From contig OZ245838.1 of the NCBI GenBank assembly GCA_965228735.1, positions 5,056,001-5,120,000 on the forward strand: DNA of 64,000 bases. Direction: 5' to 3'. A program made the translations under genes and the position numbers. Every line of letters starts with the position of its first letter. Within the stretch, counting starts at the first letter, position 1. The DNA comes from Planctomycetota bacterium (GTDB lineage Bacteria; Planctomycetota; UBA1135; UBA2386). This document shows, in pieces, positions 28,099-39,693 of the stretch. A model generated the notes under the pieces. That model saw nothing but the letters and a program-made list of their open reading frames with translations. It had not been told where the DNA came from and did no database searches.

Positions 28099-29367
28099 AT
28101 GACGCTACAGACGACGGATCTACTGCACGCGATGGTTGCCAAGGGGGCGTCTGACCTCCACGTCAAGGCGGGTTCACCGCCCGGGTTTCGAATCGACGGC
28201 GAGGTCGAGCAGCAGGTCGAGCACGGGGTGCTCGAGCCGCAGCACACCGCCGCACTGGCGCGCCAGATCATGACGGACGACCAGTGGGAGCGCTTCGAGA
28301 ACGAGAAGGACATCGACTTCAGCTACGCGCTTCCCGGGATCGCCCGCTTCCGCGTCAATGCGCTGCACCAGCGCAACGCCTGCGGCTTCGTCATCCGCGT
28401 GATCCCGGACGAGATCCCGGACTACAACAAGCTCGGCCTGCCCGAGATCTGCCTCAAGCTCGCGGCCAAGCCGCGCGGTCTCGTCCTCGTCACCGGGCCC
28501 ACGGGCTCGGGCAAGTCGACGACGCTCGCGGCGATGATCGACTACATCAACCAGACCGAGGCCGGGCACATCCTCACGATGGAAGACCCGCTCGAGTTCA
28601 TCCACCCGGACAAGAAGAGCTACGTCACGCAGCGCCAGATCGGCCAGGACTGCGCGTCGTTCCGCGAGGGTCTGCGGCGCGCCTTGCGTCAGGACCCCGA
28701 TGTGATCCTGATCGGTGAGATGCGCGACCTCGAGACGATCTCGATGGCGATCACCGCGGCGGAGACGGGCCACCTGGTGTTCGGCACGCTGCACACGACG
28801 AGCGCGATCTCGACCGTCGACCGCATCATCGACGTGTTCCCGACCGACGCGCAGCAGCAGGTGCGCGTGCAGATGGCGAGCACGCTGCAGGGCGTGATCT
28901 CGCAGACGCTCGTGCCGAAGATCGGTGGCGGTCGCGTTGCGGCGCACGAGATCCTGGTCGGCACGGACGGCGTCAAGTCGCTCGTGCGCGAGGGCAAGAC
29001 GTCGCAGATGCTCAACCTCATGCAGACCGGCCGCGCGCACGGCATGCAGACGCTCGAGGATCAGCTCGTCAACCTCTACGCCGAGGGCAAGATCACGGCC
29101 GATGACGCGGTCGCGCGCGCCAACCGCCCCGACGACGTGAGGAAGCGCACCGAGTCGACGCAGGTGCGGCCGTCGGCCGCGACCGAACAACCGGGTGCGG
29201 GCATGGGCATGGCGCCGAAGGCCGGCGTCGGCGCGGGAGCGTCGCGCCGCGACATGGGCGACCCGAGCGGCGGCATGGGTGACATGGCCGGCGCCTCGCC
29301 GCGCCGCCCCGCGACCGGCGGCGGCGTGCAGGGGCTGAAGATGCGGCGGCCACAGAAGCGCCTGTAG
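28099..29367 (+). CDS. pilT: Type IV pilus retraction ATPase, PilT family
   Basis: GPTGSGKST, EDPLE, ALRQDPDVILIGEMRD, AETGHLVFGTLHT. Confidence 0.92.
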   Translation: MTLQTTDLLHAMVAKGASDLHVKAGSPPGFRIDGEVEQQVEHGVLEPQHTAALARQIMTDDQWERFENEKDIDFSYALPGIARFRVNALHQRNACGFVIRVIPDEIPDYNKLGLPEICLKLAAKPRGLVLVTGPTGSGKSTTLAAMIDYINQTEAGHILTMEDPLEFIHPDKKSYVTQRQIGQDCASFREGLRRALRQDPDVILIGEMRDLETISMAITAAETGHLVFGTLHTTSAISTVDRIIDVFPTDAQQQVRVQMASTLQGVISQTLVPKIGGGRVAAHEILVGTDGVKSLVREGKTSQMLNLMQTGRAHGMQTLEDQLVNLYAEGKITADDAVARANRPDDVRKRTESTQVRPSAATEQPGAGMGMAPKAGVGAGASRRDMGDPSGGMGDMAGASPRRPATGGGVQGLKMRRPQKRL

Positions 29368-29396
29368 CTCGGCGCTCGGCCGCGGCCGCCGGCGGC

Positions 29397-29852
29397 TCAC
29401 GGCATGATCGTGATGCTGAGACCGCCGTTCATCAGCACGCACCCCGGGTTCACGGGGTCGTTCGGCTGGGTGCAGCCGTGCTGGAACCAGAACGCGGCGC
29501 CGACGAGCCCCGGGTTGTTGGGGATCGGGAACGGCACGAGGAAGCCCGGGTTGATGAGGATCACGAGCGGATTGCCGTCGACGAGCTGACAGCCCGGGTC
29601 GCACGTGATCGGCGGCAGCAGCGGCGTCGGCGTCGCGGGCATCACGCCCATGATGTCGATGTGCAGCCCGCTGCCGCACGGCGGCAGCGGCGAGATCGCG
29701 AAATTGGTGTTGCCGACCTGCGGGTTGCCACCGCCGAAGCCGCTGAAGCCGGGGAAGCTCGGGCAACCGCCCGGCAGGATGCCGACCTGCGCGGTAGCCA
29801 TCGTGGCAAGGGCGCAGAGCACGAACGCGAGGAATGGCAGAGTGCGGAGCAT
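29397..29852 (-). CDS. Small secreted protein made almost entirely of the shared C-terminal domain
   Basis: Signal MLRTLPFLAFVLCALATMATA|Q; 151 aa. Confidence 0.75.
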   Translation of the reverse strand: MLRTLPFLAFVLCALATMATAQVGILPGGCPSFPGFSGFGGGNPQVGNTNFAISPLPPCGSGLHIDIMGVMPATPTPLLPPITCDPGCQLVDGNPLVILINPGFLVPFPIPNNPGLVGAAFWFQHGCTQPNDPVNPGCVLMNGGLSITIMP

Positions 29853-29999
29853 CGCCGGATTGTAGTCGCCGGTCCCGAGCGGCCCGTTCCCGTTGACCTT
29901 CGGTACACGATCGGCGCAACTCTCTCGCCGCATCCGCAGAGGGGTTTCCGATCGCCGGGTTTTCGTGCGCGAGATCGTCCGTAAGGTGCCGCGCCCGGA

Positions 30000-32201
30000 A
30001 TGTCCGCCCCGATCCGCAACACCTTGCTCGGCCTGCTTGCCGTGCTGCCGTTCGCCGTGGCCGTGGCGGCGCAGGGACCGCGGCTGAAGGACGCGAGACG
30101 AACGGCGGAGATCGGGCGCATCGCGAGCGCGGATGCGCCGCGGCTCGACGGCGTGCTCGACGACCCGTGCTGGCAGAGCGCGCCGGCGATCGGCGACTTC
30201 GTCATGGTCGAGCCGTGGGAGGGACGGACGCCCGACCAGCGCACCGAGATCCGGTTGCTGCACGACAGCGACAACTTCTACATCTACCTCTACTGCTACG
30301 ACGATCAGCCACAGCACATCCGTGCCACCCAGCGGTCGCGCGACGCGCGGCTCGATCCCGACGATCGCGTCGAGTTCATCCTCGACTCGTTCGAGAACCG
30401 GCGCACGGGCTACTTCTTCCAGATCGGCGCGGGCGGTTCGCTCGGCGATGCGCTGATCTCGCAGAACGGCAACGGCTTCGACAAGCCGTGGGACGCGGTC
30501 TGGGATGCGCGCGCGCGCGTCGTGGCCGACGGCTGGGTCGCGGAGGCCGTGATCCCGTTCCGCAGCATCCCGCGGCAGGAAGGGGCGCTGGCCTGGGGTT
30601 TCAACTGCCGGCGCTACCTGCGCGAGCGCAACGAAGAGCACCAGTGGGCCAACGCGGTGCAGAACGTGCCGTTCTTCCGGATCAGCGAGCTCGGCCGCGT
30701 CACGGGGCTCGGTCCGATCAAGCCCGGCATCGGGCTCGACGTCGTGCCCTTTCTCGCGGCCGGGATCTCGCGCGATCGCGCGATCGATCGTGATGACTGG
30801 GACTTCGACCCCGACGCGGGTGGCGAGCTCTACTACCGCATCACGCCGTCGATGACGGTCGCCGCGACGCTGTTCACCGACTTCGCGCAGACGGAGAACG
30901 ACGGCCGGCAGATCAACTTCAACCGCTTCCCGCTGTTCTTTCCCGAGAAGCGCGACTTCTTCCTCGACGGCATCAGCTACTTCCAGTTCGGCGCGCAACG
31001 CGCGGGTGGGACGACGTTCTTGCCGTACTTCACGCGTCGCATCGGACTACAGCGCGGCCAGATCGTGCCGCTGCTCGGCGGCGTCAAGCTGACGGGCGAG
31101 GCGGGGCCGTTCGAGGTCGGCCTCATCGACGTGCAGACCGACGAGACGGCGAGCCTCGACAGCGAGAACCTCGGCGTAGCCAGGCTCAAGTACGCGGCCG
31201 GCGAACAGACGACGATCGGGATGATCGCGACCAACGGTGATCCGACGAGCGCCGGCGAGAACCGGGTCGGCGGCCTCGACTTCTACCATCGCTGGCCCGA
31301 GCTGGTCGGCGACATGGACCTGCAGCTGTCGATGGACGTCGTCGGCTCCACGGGGTCGAGCACCGACGACGACGGCGAGAGCTTCGGCTTCCAGCTGCAG
31401 AGTCGCGGCACCGAGTTCGAGTTCGAGATCGGAACGCGCTGGGTGAGCGACGACTTCGATCCGAGCCTCGGGTTCGTGCGGCGGCGTGGTTCGCGAGCCT
31501 CGGAGATCGAGGCCGCGTATCGCCCGCGGGTGTCGGAGGGCGGCCTGATCCGGAGCTTCAACTTCGCGGTCGACGTCGACCGGCAGGACGAGTGGGACGG
31601 CAAGACGCAGGTGATGAGCTACGGCCTCGACGAGGTCGGCGTGCTGTTCCACAGCAGCGACCGCGCATGGTTCTTCGCGTCCCGCAACTTCGAGTTCGTC
31701 GATCGCGACTTCACGCTGTTTCGCGACTCGACCCCCGTCGCTGCGGGCGACTATTGGGCGACGCGCTACGGCTTCCGGATCCAGACGGGCGATCACCGGC
31801 CGTGGGACGTGCAGCTGACCGCGTCGACGGGCGACTTCTTCGACGGCGAGCGCGATTCCATCGGCGTCGACCTCAACCTGCGGTTCTCCGGGTTGATCGA
31901 GGTCGGCGCCGAGTACGACGTGTCCCTCGTGGACCTCGGGCCGGGCCGGAAGTTCGACGCGCACATCGCCGCGGGCCGGTGCGACGTCCACTTCACGCCG
32001 TTTCTCAGCGTGTTCAACCTCCTGCAGTTCGACAACGAGTCGAACAACATCGGCTGGCAGACCCGGCTGCGCTGGATCTACACGCCGGGCTGCGACTTCT
32101 TCGCCGTCGTCGGCAGCAGCTGGGGACGGGAGGACGACGGCTCGTTCGTGCCGGCCGAACAGGCCCTCAACCTCAAGATCCAGCACCTGTTGCGGTTCTA
32201 G
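30000..32201 (+). CDS. CBM9-like / DUF5916 outer-membrane protein
   Basis: LDGVLDDPCW, WVAEAVIPF, TDFAQTE, FPLFFPEKRDFFL, terminal Phe. Confidence 0.85.
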   Translation: MSAPIRNTLLGLLAVLPFAVAVAAQGPRLKDARRTAEIGRIASADAPRLDGVLDDPCWQSAPAIGDFVMVEPWEGRTPDQRTEIRLLHDSDNFYIYLYCYDDQPQHIRATQRSRDARLDPDDRVEFILDSFENRRTGYFFQIGAGGSLGDALISQNGNGFDKPWDAVWDARARVVADGWVAEAVIPFRSIPRQEGALAWGFNCRRYLRERNEEHQWANAVQNVPFFRISELGRVTGLGPIKPGIGLDVVPFLAAGISRDRAIDRDDWDFDPDAGGELYYRITPSMTVAATLFTDFAQTENDGRQINFNRFPLFFPEKRDFFLDGISYFQFGAQRAGGTTFLPYFTRRIGLQRGQIVPLLGGVKLTGEAGPFEVGLIDVQTDETASLDSENLGVARLKYAAGEQTTIGMIATNGDPTSAGENRVGGLDFYHRWPELVGDMDLQLSMDVVGSTGSSTDDDGESFGFQLQSRGTEFEFEIGTRWVSDDFDPSLGFVRRRGSRASEIEAAYRPRVSEGGLIRSFNFAVDVDRQDEWDGKTQVMSYGLDEVGVLFHSSDRAWFFASRNFEFVDRDFTLFRDSTPVAAGDYWATRYGFRIQTGDHRPWDVQLTASTGDFFDGERDSIGVDLNLRFSGLIEVGAEYDVSLVDLGPGRKFDAHIAAGRCDVHFTPFLSVFNLLQFDNESNNIGWQTRLRWIYTPGCDFFAVVGSSWGREDDGSFVPAEQALNLKIQHLLRF

Positions 32202-32386
32202 GAACGAGCGTCGGCCGTCGTTCTGGCGTTGCCCCCGGTCGTAGCGGGACTACGAGTCCCCTGGCGGAATCCTGAGCGTTGTCCCGCGTCGCGACCGCGG
32301 CCGCGGGGATCGCACCGGGACCGCCACGATCCGGTAGAATAGAATCGCCTCTCTGCGCCACCCCGCAAACCCCGAGAGCTGCCCGA

Positions 32387-33445
32387 ATGCGACTGCACCT
32401 GACCCCGTTCTTCCTCCTCGCCGCGATGGCGTCGGCCCAGACACTCGTCACCGCGCCGACTTCGCCCGCCGGCAACGTCGACCGTCCGTTCGCCGGTGGC
32501 GTCGGTCGCTACCAGCAGTGGTACTCCGCGTTCTCGCTCAAGGGACCGACCGGCTACACCACGCCCGTGCGCCTCGAGCAGGTCGAGTTCTTCGCTGGCT
32601 CGATCCAGTCGTCCAACGCGAACATGATCGACATGGAGGTGATGATCGGGCACGGCAAATCGTTCGGCCTGCAGGGTCTGTTCGGCAGCAACTTCGACGA
32701 CCCGCCGGTGACCGTGCTGCCGCGTCAGAACGTCCAGCTCGCCGCCGGCGCGCCCGGCGCGGTCGTGATGACGGTGCCGTTCGCGACCGAGTTCACGTGG
32801 GACTTCACGCGGCCGATCGTGATCGAGGTCCGGATCCACGGCAACAGCAACGGCAATCAGCCGTTCCAGTACAACAACCGCGGCACCCTGTCGGGTTTCG
32901 GGCAGGCGGCGCGGCTCTACGCGGCTGGCAACCCGAGCGCGACGAGCGGCACCGTGCAGTCCAACATCGGCTTGGTGACGCGCTTCTCCGGCCGCGATGG
33001 CATCGTGCTGCAGTACGGCGCGGGCTGTCCGGGCGAGGGCTTCTTCGTGCCCCAGTACGACGTGGGCAATCTGCCGTGGCCCGGCATCCAGTGGAGTCAT
33101 CAGCTGACGAACGCATCGTCGCAGCGCTTCGCGATCTGGATGATCGGTGACAACCGCAACACGTTCGGCACCGTGACGCTGCCCGTCGATGTCGGCAGCC
33201 TGATCGGCTTCTCGCCGAACGGCTGTCTCTTGCACCAGAACGCGGTCGCGACGGTCTGGGCCAATACGGTCGGCGGCGGTCCGGGTTCGGGCGCCGCGAC
33301 GGTCACCGTCAGTCTGCCGCCCGTCGGCACCTACATCGGCGCGTCGCTGTTCACGCAGTTCTTCGTGCTCGATCCCAACGCGCCGAGCGGCCTCATGGCA
33401 TCGTCGAACGCCAACTGGTCGATCGTCGCCCCGGTCGGCGGCTGA
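32387..33445 (+). CDS. Secreted protein with shared C-terminal domain
   Basis: Signal ending ASAQ; YGAGCPG; terminal LFTQFFVLDP...SSNA. Confidence 0.8.
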   Translation: MRLHLTPFFLLAAMASAQTLVTAPTSPAGNVDRPFAGGVGRYQQWYSAFSLKGPTGYTTPVRLEQVEFFAGSIQSSNANMIDMEVMIGHGKSFGLQGLFGSNFDDPPVTVLPRQNVQLAAGAPGAVVMTVPFATEFTWDFTRPIVIEVRIHGNSNGNQPFQYNNRGTLSGFGQAARLYAAGNPSATSGTVQSNIGLVTRFSGRDGIVLQYGAGCPGEGFFVPQYDVGNLPWPGIQWSHQLTNASSQRFAIWMIGDNRNTFGTVTLPVDVGSLIGFSPNGCLLHQNAVATVWANTVGGGPGSGAATVTVSLPPVGTYIGASLFTQFFVLDPNAPSGLMASSNANWSIVAPVGG

Positions 33446-33475
33446 CACCGGCCCGAGGGTGGCGGTACCGAACCC

Positions 33476-35467
33476 TTGCGCCAGGCGAAGCCTGGACGGG
33501 AGAAATCATGACCTGACAGGAATGAGAACCCCGTATTGGAGTCCCGCGGGTGACGAAACCCGCCCGGCGAAGGCTAGCCACCAGCCGGAAGCGAGTCTTG
33601 CGTGGCGACCGGGTAACCGCCGCTGCGAAGCGTAGACAGCGAGGATGTGGGCGGCGCGACTGAGCCCCGAAAGTACCGACAGCGAGAGAGCCGACGTGGT
33701 GGGTTCATCGGAAGGCAACATGGAAGGGCCGCAACCGGCTTGGCCCGGAAGTCTCTCCGGGGTCCTGAGAACGACCGCACGCATCCATCGGACTCCCCAG
33801 GAACCTGGGATCCCCTCGATTGGTCCGATCGTCAACTCCGGCTGGGGCCCGGAAACCAACTCTCCAGGGCCGCGACGTCGTGTCCGCGTCGGTGCCGTCA
33901 AGGAATCCGGACACACGGCCGGTACCGCCGAGCGAAGGAAACGAAGCGACGCGGGACGCCAACGAGGGAGTCGGAGTGCGTCATAGTACCAAAGAGTCCG
34001 GGGAACCCGCCCCACGGGGACCCGGCGGAGGGAAGGGCGTCACCGGCGACAAGGAACCGCTGGACGGACCGACCACGGAGACGACGGGCTCCGAGCAGGT
34101 CTCCACGAAACTCCGGCGGGTAGCGGAGCTGGCGAGGCAGCGACCAGACCTGGTCCTGACCACACTGGCACACCACATGGACATCGCGCTTCTGCGGGAG
34201 GCGTATCGCCGCACGCAGAAGTCCAAAGCTCCTGGTGTCGACGGCGTCACGGCTCGCGACTACGAGCAGGATCTCGAGGGCAACCTCGCGGACCTGCACG
34301 AACGCGCGAAGTCAGGGCGCTATCGCGCACCACCGGTCCGGCGCGTGCACATCCCGAAAGGGAAGGGTGGCACGCGTCCAATCGGAGTGCCGACGCTGGA
34401 GGACAAGGTCTTGCAGCGGGCGGTGACGCAAGTGATGGAGGCGGTATATGAGCAGGACTTCTTGGACTGCTCGCACGGCTTCCGTCCCGGTCGCTCGCCG
34501 CACACGGCACTGGAATCGCTTTGGAAGCATGCGATGTCGATGGGTGGCGGCTGGCTGTTGGAAGTCGACATCCAAGGTTTCTTCGACAACCTGGAGCCGA
34601 CCCATCTGCGAGCGATCCTCGACCAGCGGGTGCGCGACGGAGTGTTCCGTCGACTGATCGACAAGTGGCTGAAGGCGGGGGTGCAGGAGGACGGTGCGCT
34701 GCATCGCTCTCGCAAAGGCACCCCACAAGGAGGCGTGATTTCGCCGCTGCTGGCGAACATCTATTTGCACGCAGTGCTGGACCGTTGGTTTGTCGAGGAA
34801 GTCAAGCCGAGGCTTGCCGGTCGCGCGGAGTTGGTCCGCTATGCGGACGACTTCGTGATCCTGTTTGCCGTCGAAGCCGATGCACGTGCGATGTCGTCGA
34901 TCCTGGCCCAAAGGCTCGGGCGCTTCGGCCTCACACTGCATCCGGACAAGACCCGGTTAGTCCGCTTCCAACCGCCCGAAGACGGCGCGGCGGGGAGCGG
35001 CACTTTCGACTTCCTGGGCTTCACCCATCACTGGTCACGCTCCCGGCGCGGCCGATGGACCGTGCAGCGGCGCACCACACGACACGTCGTGACCCGTACC
35101 CTGACTGGGCTACGGGATTGGTGCCGTCGCAATCGGCACGACAAGGTCCGCGTCCAGTACTCCACCCTGTGCTCGAAGCTACGGGGGCACTACCTCTACT
35201 TCGGCGTGACCGGCAACTCTGCTGCGTTACGTCGCGTATGGTACGAGGCCCGTCGCATCTGGCATCGGTGGCTGAGCCGGCGCTCGCGGGCGGCCTACAT
35301 GTCGTGGGCCCGCTTCGAGCAACTGCTGCGTGCATACCCGCTTCCTCCGCCCCGGCTGACCCGGTCGGTCTACGCAGCGAGCCCTTGTCGCTGACGAGCC
35401 GGATGCGTTAGCCGCGCACGTCCGGATCTGTGGGAGCCCTGGGGGGAGACCCCCAGGGCCACCCGGC
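33476..35467 (+). mobile_element. Group II intron (class E/F-like, no endonuclease domain)
   Basis: 5' TTGCG; EBS1 GGGTTC (33701-33706) pairs with IBS1 GAACCC; EBS2 GTACCG (33673-33678) pairs with IBS2 CGGTAC; domain V GAGCCGGATGCG...CACGTCCGG; domain VI with bulged A at 35461. Confidence 0.92.
33820..35394 (+). CDS. ltrA: Group II intron reverse transcriptase/maturase (true start uncertain, conserved part begins near 34075)
   Basis: APGVDG, RPIGVP, GTPQGGVISPLLANIYL, RYADD, FDFLGF, X domain LRGHYLYFG. Confidence 0.95.
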   Translation: MVRSSTPAGARKPTLQGRDVVSASVPSRNPDTRPVPPSEGNEATRDANEGVGVRHSTKESGEPAPRGPGGGKGVTGDKEPLDGPTTETTGSEQVSTKLRRVAELARQRPDLVLTTLAHHMDIALLREAYRRTQKSKAPGVDGVTARDYEQDLEGNLADLHERAKSGRYRAPPVRRVHIPKGKGGTRPIGVPTLEDKVLQRAVTQVMEAVYEQDFLDCSHGFRPGRSPHTALESLWKHAMSMGGGWLLEVDIQGFFDNLEPTHLRAILDQRVRDGVFRRLIDKWLKAGVQEDGALHRSRKGTPQGGVISPLLANIYLHAVLDRWFVEEVKPRLAGRAELVRYADDFVILFAVEADARAMSSILAQRLGRFGLTLHPDKTRLVRFQPPEDGAAGSGTFDFLGFTHHWSRSRRGRWTVQRRTTRHVVTRTLTGLRDWCRRNRHDKVRVQYSTLCSKLRGHYLYFGVTGNSAALRRVWYEARRIWHRWLSRRSRAAYMSWARFEQLLRAYPLPPPRLTRSVYAASPCR

Positions 35468-35570
35468 GCTTCGAATCCGCCACCCCTGCACCGCCGTAAG
35501 CAGCCGACGAAAGAACGGGTTAGGGGAGTCCGTGCGCGGCGGATGCGAACCCGTTTCGGTACCGCCAGCC
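35468..35570. repeat. REP/MITE-like inverted repeat unit whose left arm (33457-33475 plus 35468-35483) is split by the intron
   Basis: Rejoined left arm is 29/35 identical, without gaps, to the reverse complement of 35536-35570. Confidence 0.75.
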
Positions 35571-35634
35571 ATCGCGGTGGGGCGTCGGCGGCTCGGGTAG
35601 ATTTGCCGATCCGTCGGAATCCTGGAGGCTTTCT

Positions 35635-35674
35635 CAACTACCGGAGTAGTTGTCGCCGAACTACCGTGGTAGTT
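35635..35674. promoter_or_regulatory. Tandem BlaI/MecI-type operators
   Basis: CAACTAC-CGGA-GTAGTTG and AACTAC-CGTG-GTAGTT upstream of the BlaI-family gene. Confidence 0.75.
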
Positions 35675-35708
35675 GGTGACCGCCGGCTACCCCGGATCGA
35701 GTGCCCCC

Positions 35709-36131
35709 ATGACGACGAACGGACCCCGCAATCTCGGCGAGCTGCAGCTGGCCATCCTCCACGCGCTCTGGGACCGCGACGAGGCGGCCGTTGCCGAAGT
35801 GCATGCCGCGCTGAAAGATCGCGGCCTCGCCGTGACGACGATCGCGACCATGCTCCGCAAGATGGAGCAGAAGGGGCTCGTGACGCATCGCGAGAACGGG
35901 CGGCAGTTCCTCTATCGCGCCGAGGTCCAGCCCGACCTCGTGCAGCGCAACATGGTCGGCGATCTCGTGTCGCGCCTGTTCGACGGTGATCCGCTCGAGC
36001 TCGTGAACCACCTGATCAAGGCCGGCGACATCGAGCTCGACGAACTCGAAGAGCTGCGCCAGCGCGTCACCGACGCCGAGCAGGGCGATGAAAGCCTCGA
36101 GCAGGACGGGCGCAAGGAGGGGCGGTCGTGA
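35709..36131 (+). CDS. BlaI/MecI/CopY-family repressor
   Basis: LGELQLAILHALW...TTIATMLRKMEQKGLV...FLYRA. Confidence 0.93.
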   Translation: MTTNGPRNLGELQLAILHALWDRDEAAVAEVHAALKDRGLAVTTIATMLRKMEQKGLVTHRENGRQFLYRAEVQPDLVQRNMVGDLVSRLFDGDPLELVNHLIKAGDIELDELEELRQRVTDAEQGDESLEQDGRKEGRS

Positions 36132-37708
36132 TCGCGTCGTTCGATGACGGCGCGACGACGGTGGCGGCCAACTGGCTGCTGACGTTCGCGATCCACTCGA
36201 CGTGCATACTCGGCCTCGCGCTCGCCCTGAGCCACGCGCTGCGCGATCGCTGGATCGCGCTGCAAGAACGGTTGCTCCGACTCTCGCTCTGGGCGGCAGT
36301 CGCCAGCACGACGCTGCAGCTCACGTGCGCGCCGACTGCGTTGCCGCTGTCGTTGACGAGCAACAACGAGAACGTCGTCGCGGTCGCGCCGGCGGGCACG
36401 GTGCTCGGGATCGGAGCGGATGTCGGATTCGACGGCGACGCGGGCTACGCGGGCCACGCGGACCACGCGGGCGGGCCGATCACGCTGCAACCGCTCGCGC
36501 CGATGCCGCACGACGCGAAGGTTGCCACCGACGCGGGCGGCGCGTTCCGGTTCGCCGAGCTGTCGAACTGGCCGCTGACGACCTGGCTCACGGTGCTCGC
36601 GGCCATCTTCGGCGGCGCGGGCGCGCTCTGGCTGCTGCGCACGCACCATCGGCTGCGCGCGATCCTGCGCCGGCGTGAGCCCGAGACCGACGGCCGCACC
36701 CTCGCGGCGGCGGCGAGTGCGGCCGGCGCGATCGGCCTGCGGCAGTCACCGCACGTCAGTCGCAGCGACGAGATCCTCACGCCGATCGCGTTCGGTCTGC
36801 TGCGGCCGGAGATCTGCCTGCCGCGGCGCGCGAGCGCGCTGCCGGACGACGAACTGCGCGCGATGCTCGCCCACGAGATCGCCCACCTCGAGCGGCGGGA
36901 TCCCGTCTGGATGTGGTTCGCGGCCGGCTTGCAGGCGGCGTTCCCGTGGCAGCTCCTGACCGTGTTCGTGCGGCGGCGCTGGAGCCACCTCGTCGAACTG
37001 CGCTGCGATGCGGTCGCGGCGGCACAAACGAGCCCGACGGTCGTCGCGCGTTGTCTGCTCGACGTCGCCGAATGGCTGCGCCCGGCCAAACCGATCGCGC
37101 CGCTGGCGCTCGGCATGGCGGCGCGACCGTCCGCGCTGCGGCGGCGCGTCGACGCGGCCCTGCGACGCGGCGCCGCGGGTCGACTCGGCCGCGGCTGGTC
37201 GATCGGGCTCTCCGGCCTGTCGCTGTCCGCGCTCACGTTCGTCGCTCCGGGCGTCCAGTCGGCGCCGGCCGCCAACGGCGACGGGGTCGCGGACTTCCGC
37301 TTCTTCGGTGTGCCGGTCGAGAGCGGTGCCGACCGCGACGCTGGCAGCAGCGACGCTGGAGTTCGCGGCACTGGAGATCGCGCGCCGGGCGCCGGTGACG
37401 AAGCCGAAGCGATCGCGGCCGGCGACGCGATGAGCGACTCGTTCCCGGGTCGTGATCCCGAGCCCCGGAACGCGCCGGCCCCCGGCGAGGTCGAGCTGAT
37501 GATCGCGGCAGCGATGAGTCAGCTCGAGACCGAGCACCACATGCTGGAGCACGAGCTCCAGCGTCTGCGCACCCGGGCGGCCGCCGCGCCGCCCGAACGG
37601 CGCCAGCTCGTCGCCCCGCTCATCGCGGAGATCGAGCAGCGCCTCCTGATCGTCGACCGGTCGTGCGAACGCATACGCGAACTCCTCGACCGCCGTGCGG
37701 GCCGGTGA
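36128..37708 (+). CDS. M56-family (BlaR1/MecR1-like) membrane metallopeptidase
   Basis: TM helices, PIAFGLLRPEICLP, LAHEIAHLERRD, ELRCD. Confidence 0.9.
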   Translation: MIASFDDGATTVAANWLLTFAIHSTCILGLALALSHALRDRWIALQERLLRLSLWAAVASTTLQLTCAPTALPLSLTSNNENVVAVAPAGTVLGIGADVGFDGDAGYAGHADHAGGPITLQPLAPMPHDAKVATDAGGAFRFAELSNWPLTTWLTVLAAIFGGAGALWLLRTHHRLRAILRRREPETDGRTLAAAASAAGAIGLRQSPHVSRSDEILTPIAFGLLRPEICLPRRASALPDDELRAMLAHEIAHLERRDPVWMWFAAGLQAAFPWQLLTVFVRRRWSHLVELRCDAVAAAQTSPTVVARCLLDVAEWLRPAKPIAPLALGMAARPSALRRRVDAALRRGAAGRLGRGWSIGLSGLSLSALTFVAPGVQSAPAANGDGVADFRFFGVPVESGADRDAGSSDAGVRGTGDRAPGAGDEAEAIAAGDAMSDSFPGRDPEPRNAPAPGEVELMIAAAMSQLETEHHMLEHELQRLRTRAAAAPPERRQLVAPLIAEIEQRLLIVDRSCERIRELLDRRAGR

Positions 37709-37782
37709 CGGCTGTCGCCGCCCGACCCATCCCTCCCGAACAACGAGACCGAACCACCACTCCCTACACCCGAGGTGAACCA

Positions 37783-39669
<1,887 letters not shown>

Positions 39670-39693
39670 GCCGATCGGCGGCCGCCTCGGCCG

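Noticed and set aside
29853..30998. N-terminal extension of the 29397-30998 ORF, and similar extensions of the 41947, 49615, 55601, 57634, 58704 and 58737 ORFs
   Set aside because: The extensions overlap real neighbouring genes; starts were reassigned using signal peptides, RBS and stop-start overlaps
33820..35394. DGR, retron or CRISPR-associated reverse transcriptase
   Set aside because: Domains V and VI, EBS/IBS pairing and a maturase X domain identify a group II intron; no TR/VR pair or cas genes seen
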